Notes: generated from the sequence alone by a model not told the origin. A stretch of 64,000 nucleotides of DNA from Acidimicrobiales bacterium (GCA_040219085.1 JAVJTC010000043.1:4481-68480), one strand, 5' to 3'. Positions 45,214-57,344 are shown, counted from the stretch's first letter. Made by a program: numbers and translations.

Positions 45214-46191
45214 TCAGCCCACCAGCGTCGCCGCGAGGTCACGCAGGCACCACAACGTCTCGGTGACCGCCCGCTCGCGTCCGTAACGGTCCGAGAGCGA
45301 GAACACCGGGAAGGGCGCCGAGACGCCGTCGGCGACCTCTCCGACCACCGCCATCACGGGCACACCGGCGTCCTCGGCGATCTGCGCCACCCCTCCGACG
45401 ACCTTGCCCTCGAAGGATTCACGGTCGAGACGACCCTCGCCGGTCACGACGATGTCGGCGGCCTCCACCAGCTCCGGCAGGCCGGTCTCGTCAGCGATCA
45501 ACTCGACCCCCGAGACGAGGTTGCCTCCGAGCGCCGCCAGTCCCCCACCGAGCCCTCCCGCGGCGCCGGAACCCGACAGGTCGCGAACGTCGACGCCGTA
45601 GTCGCGCTCATAGACGTCCACCAGGCGCTCGAGGCGGCGCCGCAGCAGCTCCACCTGGGCGGGCGTCGCCCCCTTCTGCGGGGCGAAGACCGCCGCCGCC
45701 TCGACGAAGGTCGTCTCGACGTCACAGGCGACGTCGAGGCGAACGCCCCGCAGACGGTGATGGGGGTAGAGCGCCCTGACAGCGCCGAGACCCCCGTCGG
45801 TGGTCGCCGATCCACCCAGCCCGACGATCACGTGACGCGCGCCACGCCCGACGGCCGCATCGATCAGCTCTCCGGTCCCCTCCGTCGACGCGGCGACGGC
45901 GTCATTCGCCTCACCGACGAGAGCCAGGCCCGAGGCCGCCGCCATCTCGATGACGGCGAGACGACCGTCCAGGCGCCAGGCGGCCACGACGGGATCGCCG
46001 AGCGGCCCCGTGACGGTGGTCGTGCGATTCGGCCCTCCGAAGGCCTCGACCGTGCCCTCGCCACCATCGGCCATCGGTGCACGGTGGCAGGTGACACCGA
46101 GCGCTTCGAGACCCGCGGCGAGCGCGTCGACGGCTTCGGTCGCGGTCGCGGTTCCGCGGAACTTGTCGACGGCGATGACGGCGGTCGTCAC
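45214..46191 (-). CDS. glxK: Glycerate kinase
   Basis: 325 aa: MTTAVIAVDKFRGTATATEAVDALAAGLE...MADGGEGTVEAFGG...VGLGGSATTDGGLG...VTGEGRLDRESFEGKVVGGV. Confidence 0.88.
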   Translation of the reverse strand: MTTAVIAVDKFRGTATATEAVDALAAGLEALGVTCHRAPMADGGEGTVEAFGGPNRTTTVTGPLGDPVVAAWRLDGRLAVIEMAAASGLALVGEANDAVAASTEGTGELIDAAVGRGARHVIVGLGGSATTDGGLGAVRALYPHHRLRGVRLDVACDVETTFVEAAAVFAPQKGATPAQVELLRRRLERLVDVYERDYGVDVRDLSGSGAAGGLGGGLAALGGNLVSGVELIADETGLPELVEAADIVVTGEGRLDRESFEGKVVGGVAQIAEDAGVPVMAVVGEVADGVSAPFPVFSLSDRYGRERAVTETLWCLRDLAATLVG

Positions 46192-46254
46192 GGAGTCATG
46201 GTCTCACGCACGTCCGGCCCGCCGGCTATCGGCGTGGGCCGACGTGGGCGAAGG

Positions 46255-46881
46255 TCAGCCCGACTGGGCGAGCGAGTCCGGGCCGATGAGGATCAGGATG
46301 TCGGCGCCCTGCAGTTCGGCGGGCGCCGGTGAGGGCATGGGCGCAACCGATCCTTCGGGCGCGCCCAGCGCGGCCGCGATGGCCTCGGCATCGGCCTGGA
46401 AACCGGGTTCGTAGTAGACGAAGGACCGGGTCTGCTCAGGACCGTTGGCGGCCGGGAGCGTGGCGTAGCCGAGCGCGGCGAGGTTGGTCGTGAGGGTGCC
46501 GGCGGCGCCGTTCACGCCCGAACCTGCGTTGAGGACGAGTACCGCCACCTCGTTGGGCGGGCTCGTGACCTGCGTGGCCGGTGGCACCGTGGTGGTGGTG
46601 GAACCGTCGCCGGCGGCGGAGTCGTCGCCACCGTCGGCCGAACCGGCATCGGTGGCCGAGCCGTCATCGGCGGTGGACCCGTCGTCGCCGGTGGCGCCGT
46701 CGTCGGTCACGGCCGCGTCGTCGCCACCTCCGTCGTCACCCCCGGCCGGGGGTGCGGTGGTGGTCGTGGTCAGATCGGACGGGTCGATCGTCGCGTCGTC
46801 GAGGCCCTGGTCGAGTACGAGAACGCCGATCAGGACGATCACGACGACGAGCACCGCACCGCGAACCGCTGTGTTGTTCAC
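46255..46881 (-). CDS. LytR_C domain-containing membrane protein
   Basis: 208 aa with N-terminal TM AVLVVVIVLIGVLVL, an acidic D/G/S/T linker, and C-terminal VAVLVLNAGSGVNGAAGTLTTNLAALGY...ADILILIGPD. Confidence 0.75.
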   Translation of the reverse strand: MNNTAVRGAVLVVVIVLIGVLVLDQGLDDATIDPSDLTTTTTAPPAGGDDGGGDDAAVTDDGATGDDGSTADDGSATDAGSADGGDDSAAGDGSTTTTVPPATQVTSPPNEVAVLVLNAGSGVNGAAGTLTTNLAALGYATLPAANGPEQTRSFVYYEPGFQADAEAIAAALGAPEGSVAPMPSPAPAELQGADILILIGPDSLAQSG

Positions 46882-46896
46882 CGGATCACCGACACT

Positions 46897-47157
46897 TCAT
46901 CGCACGGGACGTCCGCCGACTGCGGGCCCCTCGTAACGGGCCCGGCGACGGCGCGCGCGGTGACGGCGGAGACGGCGGACGACGAGGGGGTCGTACGCCA
47001 CGGCGTGAGGAGAATCGAGAAGCCGCCCGAGGAGCTCGTAGTAACGCGTGCTCGACAGGTCGAAGCGCGCGCGGATCGCCTCGGCCTTGGGCCCCGGCTG
47101 GGTCCACCACGTTCTCTCGAAATCGAGTATCGATCGCTCACGTTCACTCAGCGACAT
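46897..47157 (-). CDS. DUF3263 domain protein
   Basis: 86 aa from Met 13: MSLSERERSILDFERTWWTQPGPKAEAIRARFDLSSTRYYELLGRLLDSP. Confidence 0.8.
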   Translation of the reverse strand: MSLSERERSILDFERTWWTQPGPKAEAIRARFDLSSTRYYELLGRLLDSPHAVAYDPLVVRRLRRHRARRRRARYEGPAVGGRPVR

Positions 47158-47275
47158 CGGGTACAGGTTTCCCGACCCGGGGGTCGGATTCAAGGACCCT
47201 CACCCTACAGGTGCCTTTGCTCCCCGGTCGGGCACCCACCCGGACGCGGGTGCGGTGCCGGACCCGACGAACGAC

Positions 47276-47298
47276 ATGGATGAAGTTCGTAACGTGTT
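47276..47298. promoter_or_regulatory. AT-rich inverted repeat in the DUF3263/rpf divergent intergenic region
   Basis: AACGTG-TTTGT-CACGTT (6-bp arms), within the most AT-rich stretch of the 262-nt intergenic region. Confidence 0.3.
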
Positions 47299-47419
47299 TG
47301 TCACGTTTTCGCCCGGCGACCGTTACCCTTTCTCCCCGGTCGGCCACAGATGCCGATCAGACCCCCTTTCCCCGACTCCGACCGTCGCAGCCCCATGGGC
47401 CGACGTTTGAGGAGACACC

Positions 47420-48286
47420 ATGCAGACCAATCCCGTTCGACGCGCGCTCGTCGCGCTCGTGACCACACTCATCGTTGCCTCCGCTCTCGCCACGACCGTG
47501 GCTCCCGCAGCCGCCCAGACCGACCCCGCACCACCGTCGGTCGAGACGGAACCGGCAATCGACACGAACCCGACGATCGCGGCGATCCTCACGTCTCCTG
47601 ACGTCGTGAGCCGCATGATCCTGGTGACCACGGCAGAGGTCCGCAACGCGCTCGCCGACGGGATCCACGCGGCGAGCCGCCTCGTCCAGCCCCGCGAATG
47701 GGGTGAGACCTCAGCCGACGTCGCGCTGCTCCAGACGATGATCGACGTCGACCTCGTCGACGGCCTGTACGGACCGGCCACCGCGGTTGCGCACCGGGCC
47801 GCCCTCGTGGAGCTCGGCCAGGACCCGGCCGCCACGAGCCCCGGGGAGACGGTCCCGTCGGGCCCCACCGCCACCGCCGCGGCCCCCGCGGCGCCGCCGC
47901 TGGTCGAATCAGCGCCCGTCGCCGCCCAGGTCGAGGTCGCTCCCGCACCCGAACCCGCCGCCCCCGATGCTGCTCCTGCGCCCGCGGAGACAGCCCCCGT
48001 GGCACCCGTGGCACCCGCGGCCGGCCCCAGCGCCGAGCAGTGGGCAGCCCTGCGCTTCTGCGAGTCCAGCGGCAACTACTCCGTCGTGAACCCCACCGGC
48101 ACCTTCCGGGGCGCCTACCAGTTCTCCCAGCAGACCTGGAACTGGATCGCCGCCGACCACGCGCCCCAACTGGTGGGCGTCGACCCCGCAGCGGCCTCGC
48201 CGGCCGATCAGGACTTCATGGCCTACACGCTCTACGCCGTCGGCGGGCCGGGCCACTGGCCGGTCTGTGGCCGTTATCTGTACTGA
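47420..48286 (+). CDS. rpf: Resuscitation-promoting-factor-like secreted transglycosylase with PG-binding domain
   Basis: 288 aa with a signal peptide and a PG_binding_1-like segment LLQTMIDVDLVDGLYGPATAVAHRAAL. C-terminal Rpf domain: EQWAALRFCESSGNYSVVNPTGTFRGAYQFSQQTWNW...GHWPVCG. Confidence 0.85.
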   Translation: MQTNPVRRALVALVTTLIVASALATTVAPAAAQTDPAPPSVETEPAIDTNPTIAAILTSPDVVSRMILVTTAEVRNALADGIHAASRLVQPREWGETSADVALLQTMIDVDLVDGLYGPATAVAHRAALVELGQDPAATSPGETVPSGPTATAAAPAAPPLVESAPVAAQVEVAPAPEPAAPDAAPAPAETAPVAPVAPAAGPSAEQWAALRFCESSGNYSVVNPTGTFRGAYQFSQQTWNWIAADHAPQLVGVDPAAASPADQDFMAYTLYAVGGPGHWPVCGRYLY

Positions 48287-48321
48287 AGCACCCTGAATGA
48301 GGCCGTAGTCTTGAGGGCCTC

Positions 48322-48395
48322 GCCGGTATAGCTCAGTTGGCCAGAGCAGCTGTCTTGTAAACAGCAGGTCGTGGGTTCGAATCCCACTGCCGGCT
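48322..48395 (+). tRNA. tRNA-Thr (anticodon TGT)
   Basis: GCCGGTATAGCTCAGTTGGCCAGAGCAGCTGTCTTGTAAACAGCAGGTCGTGGGTTCGAATCCCACTGCCGGCT. Confidence 0.93.
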
Positions 48396-48397
48396 CG

Positions 48398-49321
48398 TCA
48401 CGACGGGTTCTCCGTCACTCCGCGGCGGCGGGCGATCGCGAAACACGCGATCGCCGTCGCCGCGGCGACGTTGAGGGAGTTGAGACGCCCGTACATCGGA
48501 ATGGTGGCGACGACGTCGCAGCGCTCGGCAACCAGACGCGACAGCCCCCGCCCCTCGTCGCCGACGACCAGAGCGATGGGGTCGGCAGCCACCGCGAGGT
48601 CCCCGACATCGGTGTCGGCCACGACGTCGAGGCCGACGGTCCAGACCCCGCGTTCGATCAGGTCGGAGATGGCGTTCGGGATCCCCGGGACGCGACACAT
48701 CGGGAGGTGCTCGATCGCGCCTGCGGCGGCCTTCGTCACCGTCGGCGTTATCCGCGCGGCGCGGTGACGGGCGAGGACCACACCGTCGACCCCGGCGCAC
48801 TCGGCGGTCCTCAGCAGGGCGCCGAGATTGCCGGGATCGGTGACCCCGTCGACGACCAGTAGGAACGGGTTGGGCCGGCTCGACACCATCCGGGCGAGCG
48901 ACGTCTCGGGAATGGGTGCGGCGAGGGCGACCACCCCCTGAGGGGCGCCTGTGCGGGCGATCGCGTCGAAACGACTTCCTGACAACTCCTTGAGAGGCAC
49001 CTTCGCCTCGTCCGCGAGGTCGATGATCTGCTCGAGGATCGGCGCATCGTCGAGACCGGCCTCGAGGATCACCTCGCGCACCCGGCGGTTCCCCGCCAGG
49101 AGCAGTTCGTGGACGGCGTGGCGCCCTTCCACCTGATCGCCGCCGAGGCCGTCCTCGCTCGAGCGGCGCACGGGTGTGGTCCCGCGCTGGCCGCCGGCGT
49201 CGCGCCGACCCCGCTGCGGGCCGCCCGGACCACGTCCGCCCCGCTTCGGGCCGGACCGGGATCCGCCGCCGCGTCCACCGCCGCGTCCGCGGTCACGTCC
49301 GCCACCACCTGGTCGACTCAC
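48398..49321 (-). CDS. rlmB: 23S rRNA 2'-O-ribose methyltransferase, TrmH/SpoU family (RlmB-like) with RGG-rich N-terminus
   Basis: Start taken as GTG 49321 (GTGA overlap with the ispF stop); ORF maximum is 49357. Contains the SpoU_sub_bind region EGRHAVHELL and the SpoU motifs LVVGDEGRGLS and IPMYGRLNSLNVAAA. Confidence 0.88.
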   Translation of the reverse strand: MSRPGGGGRDRGRGGGRGGGSRSGPKRGGRGPGGPQRGRRDAGGQRGTTPVRRSSEDGLGGDQVEGRHAVHELLLAGNRRVREVILEAGLDDAPILEQIIDLADEAKVPLKELSGSRFDAIARTGAPQGVVALAAPIPETSLARMVSSRPNPFLLVVDGVTDPGNLGALLRTAECAGVDGVVLARHRAARITPTVTKAAAGAIEHLPMCRVPGIPNAISDLIERGVWTVGLDVVADTDVGDLAVAADPIALVVGDEGRGLSRLVAERCDVVATIPMYGRLNSLNVAAATAIACFAIARRRGVTENPS

Positions 49322-49800
49322 CCGATCTCCTCTGTCGTGATTGCGGCGATCGCCCAACAGGCGAGCCCTTCGACGCGTCCGATGGCCCCGAGACCCTCCG
49401 AGGTGGTCGCCTTGACACTGACCGGTGCGCCGACGGCCTCCGACAGCCGGGCCCTCATCTCGTCGCGCCGGGGCGCGATACGGGGCTTCTGCGCGACCAC
49501 GGTGCAGTCGACGTTACCGATGCGGTAGCCGGCGTCGGTGACTCGGCGAGCGACGTCGGCCAACAACACGATGGAGTCCGCACCCTTCCAGCGGGGGTCG
49601 TCGTCGGCGAAGAGGCCGCCGATGTCACCCAGGTCGGCCGCGCCGAGCAGTGCGTCGGCCACGGCGTGGGCCACCGCGTCGGCGTCGCTGTGGCCGACGA
49701 GGGGGACCTCACCGGGGAAGACCACCCCACCCAGGACCAGAGGCCGGGTGGACCCAGCCGCGTCGAAGGCGTGGACGTCGAAGCCGAAGCCGACCCTCAT
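49318..49800 (-). CDS. ispF: 2-C-methyl-D-erythritol 2,4-cyclodiphosphate synthase
   Basis: 160 aa: MRVGFGFDVHAFD...GHSDADAVAHAVADALLGAADLGDIG. Confidence 0.96.
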   Translation of the reverse strand: MRVGFGFDVHAFDAAGSTRPLVLGGVVFPGEVPLVGHSDADAVAHAVADALLGAADLGDIGGLFADDDPRWKGADSIVLLADVARRVTDAGYRIGNVDCTVVAQKPRIAPRRDEMRARLSEAVGAPVSVKATTSEGLGAIGRVEGLACWAIAAITTEEIG

Positions 49801-50435
49801 GACGACGCCATCGTCCGCACGACGGCGAGATCGTCGGGGGTCGTGATCTTGATGTTGCGGGTCTCCCCGTCCACCACCACGACCACACCACCCACCGATT
49901 CCACCAGAGATGCGTCATCGGTGGCCTCACCGCCGGCGGCGTGGGCCGCCCGCAACATGTCGGCTCTGAACGCCTGGGGTGTCTGCACCGCCCTCAGTGT
50001 GGCCCGGTCGACGGCGTGTCCGTCGACGTGACGGATCGTGTCCGTCACGGGAATCACGGGAATCGCCCCGTCGGCGCCGGCCACGACCGCATCGGTGACG
50101 GCGCAGAACAGTGCCTCGGTGGCCAGTGGCCGGGCGGCGTCATGGACCACGATGATCTCGACCCCCGCGCCCACCGCGGCGAGCCCGGCCCTCACCGAGC
50201 CGGACCTGGTCGCCTCGCCGGTGACGGCATCGTGTCCACGGGCCACGAATTCCGCCGCGAGGTCCTCGCGCCCTGCAGGAACGACCACCACCACAGAGCG
50301 TCCATCGGCCGCCGCCACGCGCACCGAGCGGTCGACGACGCGTTCGTCGCCGAGGATCTCGAGTTGCTTCGGGCCGCCGAAACGCGTCCCCGACCCGGCG
50401 GCGACGACCACGACGGCGACCTGCGGGGTGGTCAT
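49797..50435 (-). CDS. ispD: 2-C-methyl-D-erythritol 4-phosphate cytidylyltransferase
   Basis: 212 aa containing VVVVAAGSGTRFGGPKQ, VVHDAARP and QTPQAF. Overlaps the ispF start by 4 nt. Confidence 0.94.
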   Translation of the reverse strand: MTTPQVAVVVVAAGSGTRFGGPKQLEILGDERVVDRSVRVAAADGRSVVVVVPAGREDLAAEFVARGHDAVTGEATRSGSVRAGLAAVGAGVEIIVVHDAARPLATEALFCAVTDAVVAGADGAIPVIPVTDTIRHVDGHAVDRATLRAVQTPQAFRADMLRAAHAAGGEATDDASLVESVGGVVVVVDGETRNIKITTPDDLAVVRTMASS

Positions 50436-50473
50436 GGCTTTCGTCGTTCCGGTCGTGTCGCCACGACGTCGTT

Positions 50474-51901
50474 CTAGCCGATCGGACGCGTGGGCCGGTG
50501 ACGCTGACGGGCATCGGCCCCCGCACGCGGCTTGTGTGCAGCGACCGCTCCGACACCGGTGGCGGCAAGGGCCTCGGCCACGGTCTCCACGACGACCACC
50601 TCCACCCCCGGCGGCCGGCGGGCACCGGCGAGCGGCCCGACGACCCGGGTGAAGCCCAGCCTGGCGGCCTCCGCGACCCTCTGGTCCGGGTCTCGGATGC
50701 CGCGGATCTCACCTGCGAGCCCCACTTCACCGCATACCGCCACATGGTCGGCGACGACCCGTTCATCCGCCGCAGAGGCGAGGGCGACCGCGAGCGCGAG
50801 ATCAGCCCCCGGGTCCACGAGGCGGACTCCGCCGACCGCCGAACAGTAGACGTCCGACTTCGACAGGGCGATCCCACCGTGGCGTTCGAGCACCGCGAGG
50901 ATCTGCGCGAGGCGGGGAGCGTCGAGGCCACGCGTCGAGCGCCGCGGCGACGGCGCCGTGGTTCCGACCACGAGCGCCTGGATCTCCACCAGAACCGGCC
51001 GCCGGCCCTCCCGGGTGACGGCGACGACCGACCCACTCACGCCGCAGCGCCGGCCGCCGAGGAGGGTTTCGGAGGGACTCTCCACTGCGACGAGTCCGCT
51101 CTCGCGCATCTCGAACAGGCCGATCTCACCGGTGGGGCCGAAGCGGTGCTTCACCGCCCGCAGAATCCGCAGACCGTCACGGCCGTCCCCCTCGAAGAGG
51201 ACCACGGTGTCGACGACGTGCTCGAGAATCTTCGGGCCCGCGACCGCGCCGTCCTTGGTGACATGGCCGACGAGCACCATCGCGACACCGGTGGCCTTGG
51301 CCACCGCCGTCAGGACCTGCGCACAGTGGCGCACCTGGGCCACCGAACCGGGAGCGGACCCGAGATCTGCGTCGACCATGGTCTGGATGGAGTCGATGAC
51401 GACCAGGCCGGGACGGTGCTCTGCGATGGTCGCCACGACCGCCGCCAGATCCGTCTCCGCCGCCAACAGGACGTGGGTGCCGTCCGCTCCGACGCGCCGG
51501 GCCCGCGCCGCGACCTGCGCGGCCGACTCCTCCCCCGCCATGTAGAGGACCGGGCGGTCCGGCCCGGACAGCGAGGCGGCGAGCTGCACCAGCAGGGTGG
51601 ACTTGCCGACCCCGGGCTCGCCGCCCACGAGGGTCACGGACCCGTCGACGAGACCACCACCGAGCACGCGGTCCACCTCACCGAATCCCGTGGGTGTCGC
51701 GCGATCGCCCTTCGTGCTCGCGGAGGCCAGCGACTCGACCGCCGCCGCCGAACCTGCGGCGGGCCGGCCTTGGGCTCCCGACGCCACCTCCACGACGGTG
51801 TTCCACTCCTCACAACGGGGACAGCGACCCTCCCACTTGGCGAGAAGCGCCCCACACGAGACGCACTCGAATCCGGGACCCGATTTGGCCAACCTCCCCA
51901 C
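50474..51901 (-). CDS. radA: DNA repair protein RadA
   Basis: Zn-finger FECVSCGALLAKWEGRCPRCEEWNT, Walker A GGEPGVGKST, KNRFG-like VKHRFGPTGE, and a Lon-like C-terminal domain. Start is uncertain: GTG 51901, TTG 51892, or ORF maximum 51937. Confidence 0.93.
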   Translation of the reverse strand: MGRLAKSGPGFECVSCGALLAKWEGRCPRCEEWNTVVEVASGAQGRPAAGSAAAVESLASASTKGDRATPTGFGEVDRVLGGGLVDGSVTLVGGEPGVGKSTLLVQLAASLSGPDRPVLYMAGEESAAQVAARARRVGADGTHVLLAAETDLAAVVATIAEHRPGLVVIDSIQTMVDADLGSAPGSVAQVRHCAQVLTAVAKATGVAMVLVGHVTKDGAVAGPKILEHVVDTVVLFEGDGRDGLRILRAVKHRFGPTGEIGLFEMRESGLVAVESPSETLLGGRRCGVSGSVVAVTREGRRPVLVEIQALVVGTTAPSPRRSTRGLDAPRLAQILAVLERHGGIALSKSDVYCSAVGGVRLVDPGADLALAVALASAADERVVADHVAVCGEVGLAGEIRGIRDPDQRVAEAARLGFTRVVGPLAGARRPPGVEVVVVETVAEALAATGVGAVAAHKPRAGADARQRHRPTRPIG

Positions 51902-52005
51902 CCTTCCTCTCACGCTGGTCTCCGTGCCTCGGCGCACGGCGCCGAACAGGCGTTCGACACGACCTCCACCCTAGACAGCGGCGGTGACAGTGGCGGCGAT
52001 GGACC

Positions 52006-53514
52006 TCAGCGCCTGCGCTTGAAGAAACCGGCGAAGCCGACGACCGGGGTGTGTCCACCGCCGTCGTCCGCGGACTCGTCTGTGGTGAACCACGCCGTCG
52101 ACATCCCGAGGGTGGCGGCCGCGTCGAGGCTGGCGGTGCGGCCGTCGATCATCAGGCAACTCTCGAACGGGACCCCGGTCGAACGGCGGAGGGCCTCGTA
52201 GATGCCGGGATCGGGCTTCCGCACGCCGACCTCGGCGCTGACGATCCACGGGTGGACCTGGCTGAGGCCGCTGCGATCCCGGAGCCGCCGCGACCAGTCG
52301 GCTACGTCGTTGGTGACCGCGGCGACCGGGATACCCATGCGGTGGAGTTGGCTGAGGAAGTCACGCACCCCGGGCGTCATCGGGATGCGCGACAGATACT
52401 GGCCGTCGAGGACGCTCGGGTCCCCGGCCACACCGCAGGCCTCCCAGAGTTGGGCCGTACCGATCCGCCCCAGGGTCGCCTGGCGGTGCGCCTCTGCGAT
52501 GTCGACCTCGGACACCTCGGACCCCTGTTCGCGCGCGAACGGCACGAGTGCATCGGCTGGTTCGTCCCCGACGCGGTGCAACACCGTCAGGGCGTCCACG
52601 ACGACGAGACGTAGTCGGCGTTCGGGCCCGCGCGCGGATGCGCCGCGGGACGCCGTTCGCGGATGCGGCGCCGCTCCGGCTCCACCGGCTCGGGCAGCGC
52701 CGGCCGACGCCGCGACGCCCGCCGGCGTCGGCGCGCGCAGAGGCTCGGGCGTCCGCACAGCGGGACGTCGGGCGCGGACGCGCCGCTCGTAGAGGGTGGA
52801 CCCCACGGCGAGGACGACCGCGAGGACGAACAGTGCCAGCGCGGCCCGGCCCACCCAGCGCCACAGGGTGGGACCCAGGTCCTCACGTACCGACGTGACC
52901 GAGATCGTGGTCGGAGCCTCGTCGTCGAACGAGGGCGAGTACGTCGTCACCCCCCGGGTGTCCGCGGGGAGTCGCACAGAGACGTTCAGATCGACGGCGT
53001 CGGCGAGCGGGCCGAGGTCGCCGGAGAGGTCCTCCCCGACAGGTCCGAAGGCGGAACCGCCCAGGACGTCGGCGAGCATCTGATCGCTGAAGAGGTCCTC
53101 ACCCGCCGACAGGTCCACGACACCGTCGACGCGCCACCTCAGCTCGGCGAAGACCTCCTCGCGCACGATGACGAAGTCACGGAAGGCCCCGTCGGGCCCG
53201 GTCACCTCGTCGAGGACGTCCTGGAGTTGCTCGGGGGTGGAGAACTCCTTGGCCGCCCTGATCCAGGTGAGCCCGTCGGACTCGACCTCGGGGCCCGAGA
53301 CCACCCACCCCACGGCGGTGAGATCGTCGATCCGCAACTGTGAGCCGATGTCGGGGACGACGGCGAGGGCCTCGTCGTCGAGACCGACGCCCACGGCGAC
53401 ACCACCGGAGCCGTCCTCGTCCACCCGGATGTCGACCGTCGTCGTCACGTTGCACCCCGCCGCCACGATGGCGACGAGGAGCCCGAGTAGGAGGAGACGG
53501 ATCCGGCCGGTCAC
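52006..53514 (-). CDS. Membrane protein: lipoprotein-like extracytoplasmic domain + TM helix + cytoplasmic HAD-like domain with degenerate motif I
   Basis: 502 aa. N-terminus MTGRIRLLLLGLLVAIVAAGC, central TM ALALFVLAVVLAVGSTLY, Arg/Ala/Pro linker. C-terminal HAD fold has LVVVDALTV (DxDxT becomes DALTV), VTND, VRKPDP and MIDGRT. Confidence 0.7.
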   Translation of the reverse strand: MTGRIRLLLLGLLVAIVAAGCNVTTTVDIRVDEDGSGGVAVGVGLDDEALAVVPDIGSQLRIDDLTAVGWVVSGPEVESDGLTWIRAAKEFSTPEQLQDVLDEVTGPDGAFRDFVIVREEVFAELRWRVDGVVDLSAGEDLFSDQMLADVLGGSAFGPVGEDLSGDLGPLADAVDLNVSVRLPADTRGVTTYSPSFDDEAPTTISVTSVREDLGPTLWRWVGRAALALFVLAVVLAVGSTLYERRVRARRPAVRTPEPLRAPTPAGVAASAGAARAGGAGAAPHPRTASRGASARGPERRLRLVVVDALTVLHRVGDEPADALVPFAREQGSEVSEVDIAEAHRQATLGRIGTAQLWEACGVAGDPSVLDGQYLSRIPMTPGVRDFLSQLHRMGIPVAAVTNDVADWSRRLRDRSGLSQVHPWIVSAEVGVRKPDPGIYEALRRSTGVPFESCLMIDGRTASLDAAATLGMSTAWFTTDESADDGGGHTPVVGFAGFFKRRR

Positions 53515-53529
53515 GGCCGGACACGATAG

Positions 53530-53557
53530 GCCGCCGCGGGCTGACGCCCGCGGCGGC
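53530..53557 (-). terminator. Perfect 12-bp GC hairpin downstream of clpC
   Basis: gccgccgcgggc-tgac-gcccgcggcggc, 14 nt after the clpC stop. Weak U content follows. Confidence 0.5.
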
Positions 53558-53570
53558 TCGGAATCGACGG

Positions 53571-56099
<2,529 letters not shown>

Positions 56100-56297
56100 C
56101 GCTGGACCTCCGGCGCCGCAGACGGTGGCTTCCGAGTGTAACCCCGAGGGGGTTTTGCCCACGGGCCGGGGGCCCGACGGCTCACTCGCGGATCGGCGCA
56201 TCTCGATGGGGGTGCCGTCCTGGGGGGTGGCGCGTGAAAGAACCAACGCACCGGGACGACACGTTGTTCCCAGGCCGTCATCGCACCGCCCCGACCG

Positions 56298-57332
56298 TTG
56301 GACTCGGCGCGGACCCGGGTGGCACCTATCCTCAGGGACGTGCAACAGGCCGACCCACTGCGGCTCCTACCGGACCTCACCGACGACCTCGCCCGCGTCG
56401 AAGACCGCCTCCACGCCGAGGTCGGCAGTGACCTGCCATTCCTCACCGAGGTCGCGGCCCATCTGATAACCGCCGGGGGCAAACGCATCAGGCCGGGATT
56501 CGCCATCGCCGCCGCAGCCACCGCCTACACGCCGACGCGGCCCGTCCACGACGACGTGATCGGCGGGGCATCCGCTGTGGAACTGGTGCACCTCGGATCG
56601 CTCTATCACGACGACGTCATGGACGACGCCACCACCCGGCGCAACGTCGCGAGTGTGAACGCGGCCTGGGGGAACCACCGGGCCATCCTCGCCGGGGACT
56701 TCCTACTGGCCCGCGCGTCCGAGATCGCGGCCGGCCTCGGCACCGAGGTCTCCCAGATCCTCGCGTCGACGATCGCCGCCCTGTGCGAGGGCCAGATACG
56801 CGAACTCCAGGACAACTACAACGTCGACCGCACCGTGCGCGACTACGAGGCGTCAATCACCGGCAAGACGGCGTCGCTGCTCGCGGCATCGTGTCGGATC
56901 GGGGCACTCACCGGTGGCGTCGACCGGGCGGGCGTCGAGGCGCTCACCGAGTTCGGGCACAGCTACGGCATGGCGTTCCAGATCGTCGACGACATCCTCG
57001 ACGTCGTCGCCACCGACGAGCAACTCGGAAAGCCCTCGGGCAACGACCTCGCCGAGGGCAACTACACGCTTCCCGTCATCAACACGATGCGGAACCCCGG
57101 TGGTGACAAGCTCCGGGCGATCCTGGGTGGCCCGCTCACCGACGAGCAGTGGGCCCGGGCACGCGAGATCGTCCGTTCCGATGGCGGCGTGGCCGAGGCG
57201 CTCGAGACGGCCCAGGCGTGGGCGGACAAAGCGGCCGGGTCACTGACGTCGCTGCCCGACAACGACGCCGCGAACGCACTGCGGGCCGCGGGCGATCACC
57301 TCGTCGAACGGGTGTCGGCACCGATCATCTGA
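56298..57332 (+). CDS. Polyprenyl diphosphate synthase (trans-isoprenyl, GGPP/heptaprenyl type)
   Basis: 344 aa with TTG start (alternative GTG 56319). First DDxxD motif [14 protein letters not shown], second FQIVDDILD. Confidence 0.9.
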   Translation: MDSARTRVAPILRDVQQADPLRLLPDLTDDLARVEDRLHAEVGSDLPFLTEVAAHLITAGGKRIRPGFAIAAAATAYTPTRPVHDDVIGGASAVELVHLGSLYHDDVMDDATTRRNVASVNAAWGNHRAILAGDFLLARASEIAAGLGTEVSQILASTIAALCEGQIRELQDNYNVDRTVRDYEASITGKTASLLAASCRIGALTGGVDRAGVEALTEFGHSYGMAFQIVDDILDVVATDEQLGKPSGNDLAEGNYTLPVINTMRNPGGDKLRAILGGPLTDEQWARAREIVRSDGGVAEALETAQAWADKAAGSLTSLPDNDAANALRAAGDHLVERVSAPII

Positions 57333-57344
57333 GATCGGATCGTG

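Noticed and set aside
47158-47419. ydaO-type c-di-AMP riboswitch upstream of the rpf gene
   Set aside because: I looked on both strands for the conserved GGGGUGAAUC and CAGCUAACCUCGUAAGC-like elements. Only vague G-rich similarity was found on the opposite strand, with no convincing match by eye. A covariance-model search is needed to be certain.
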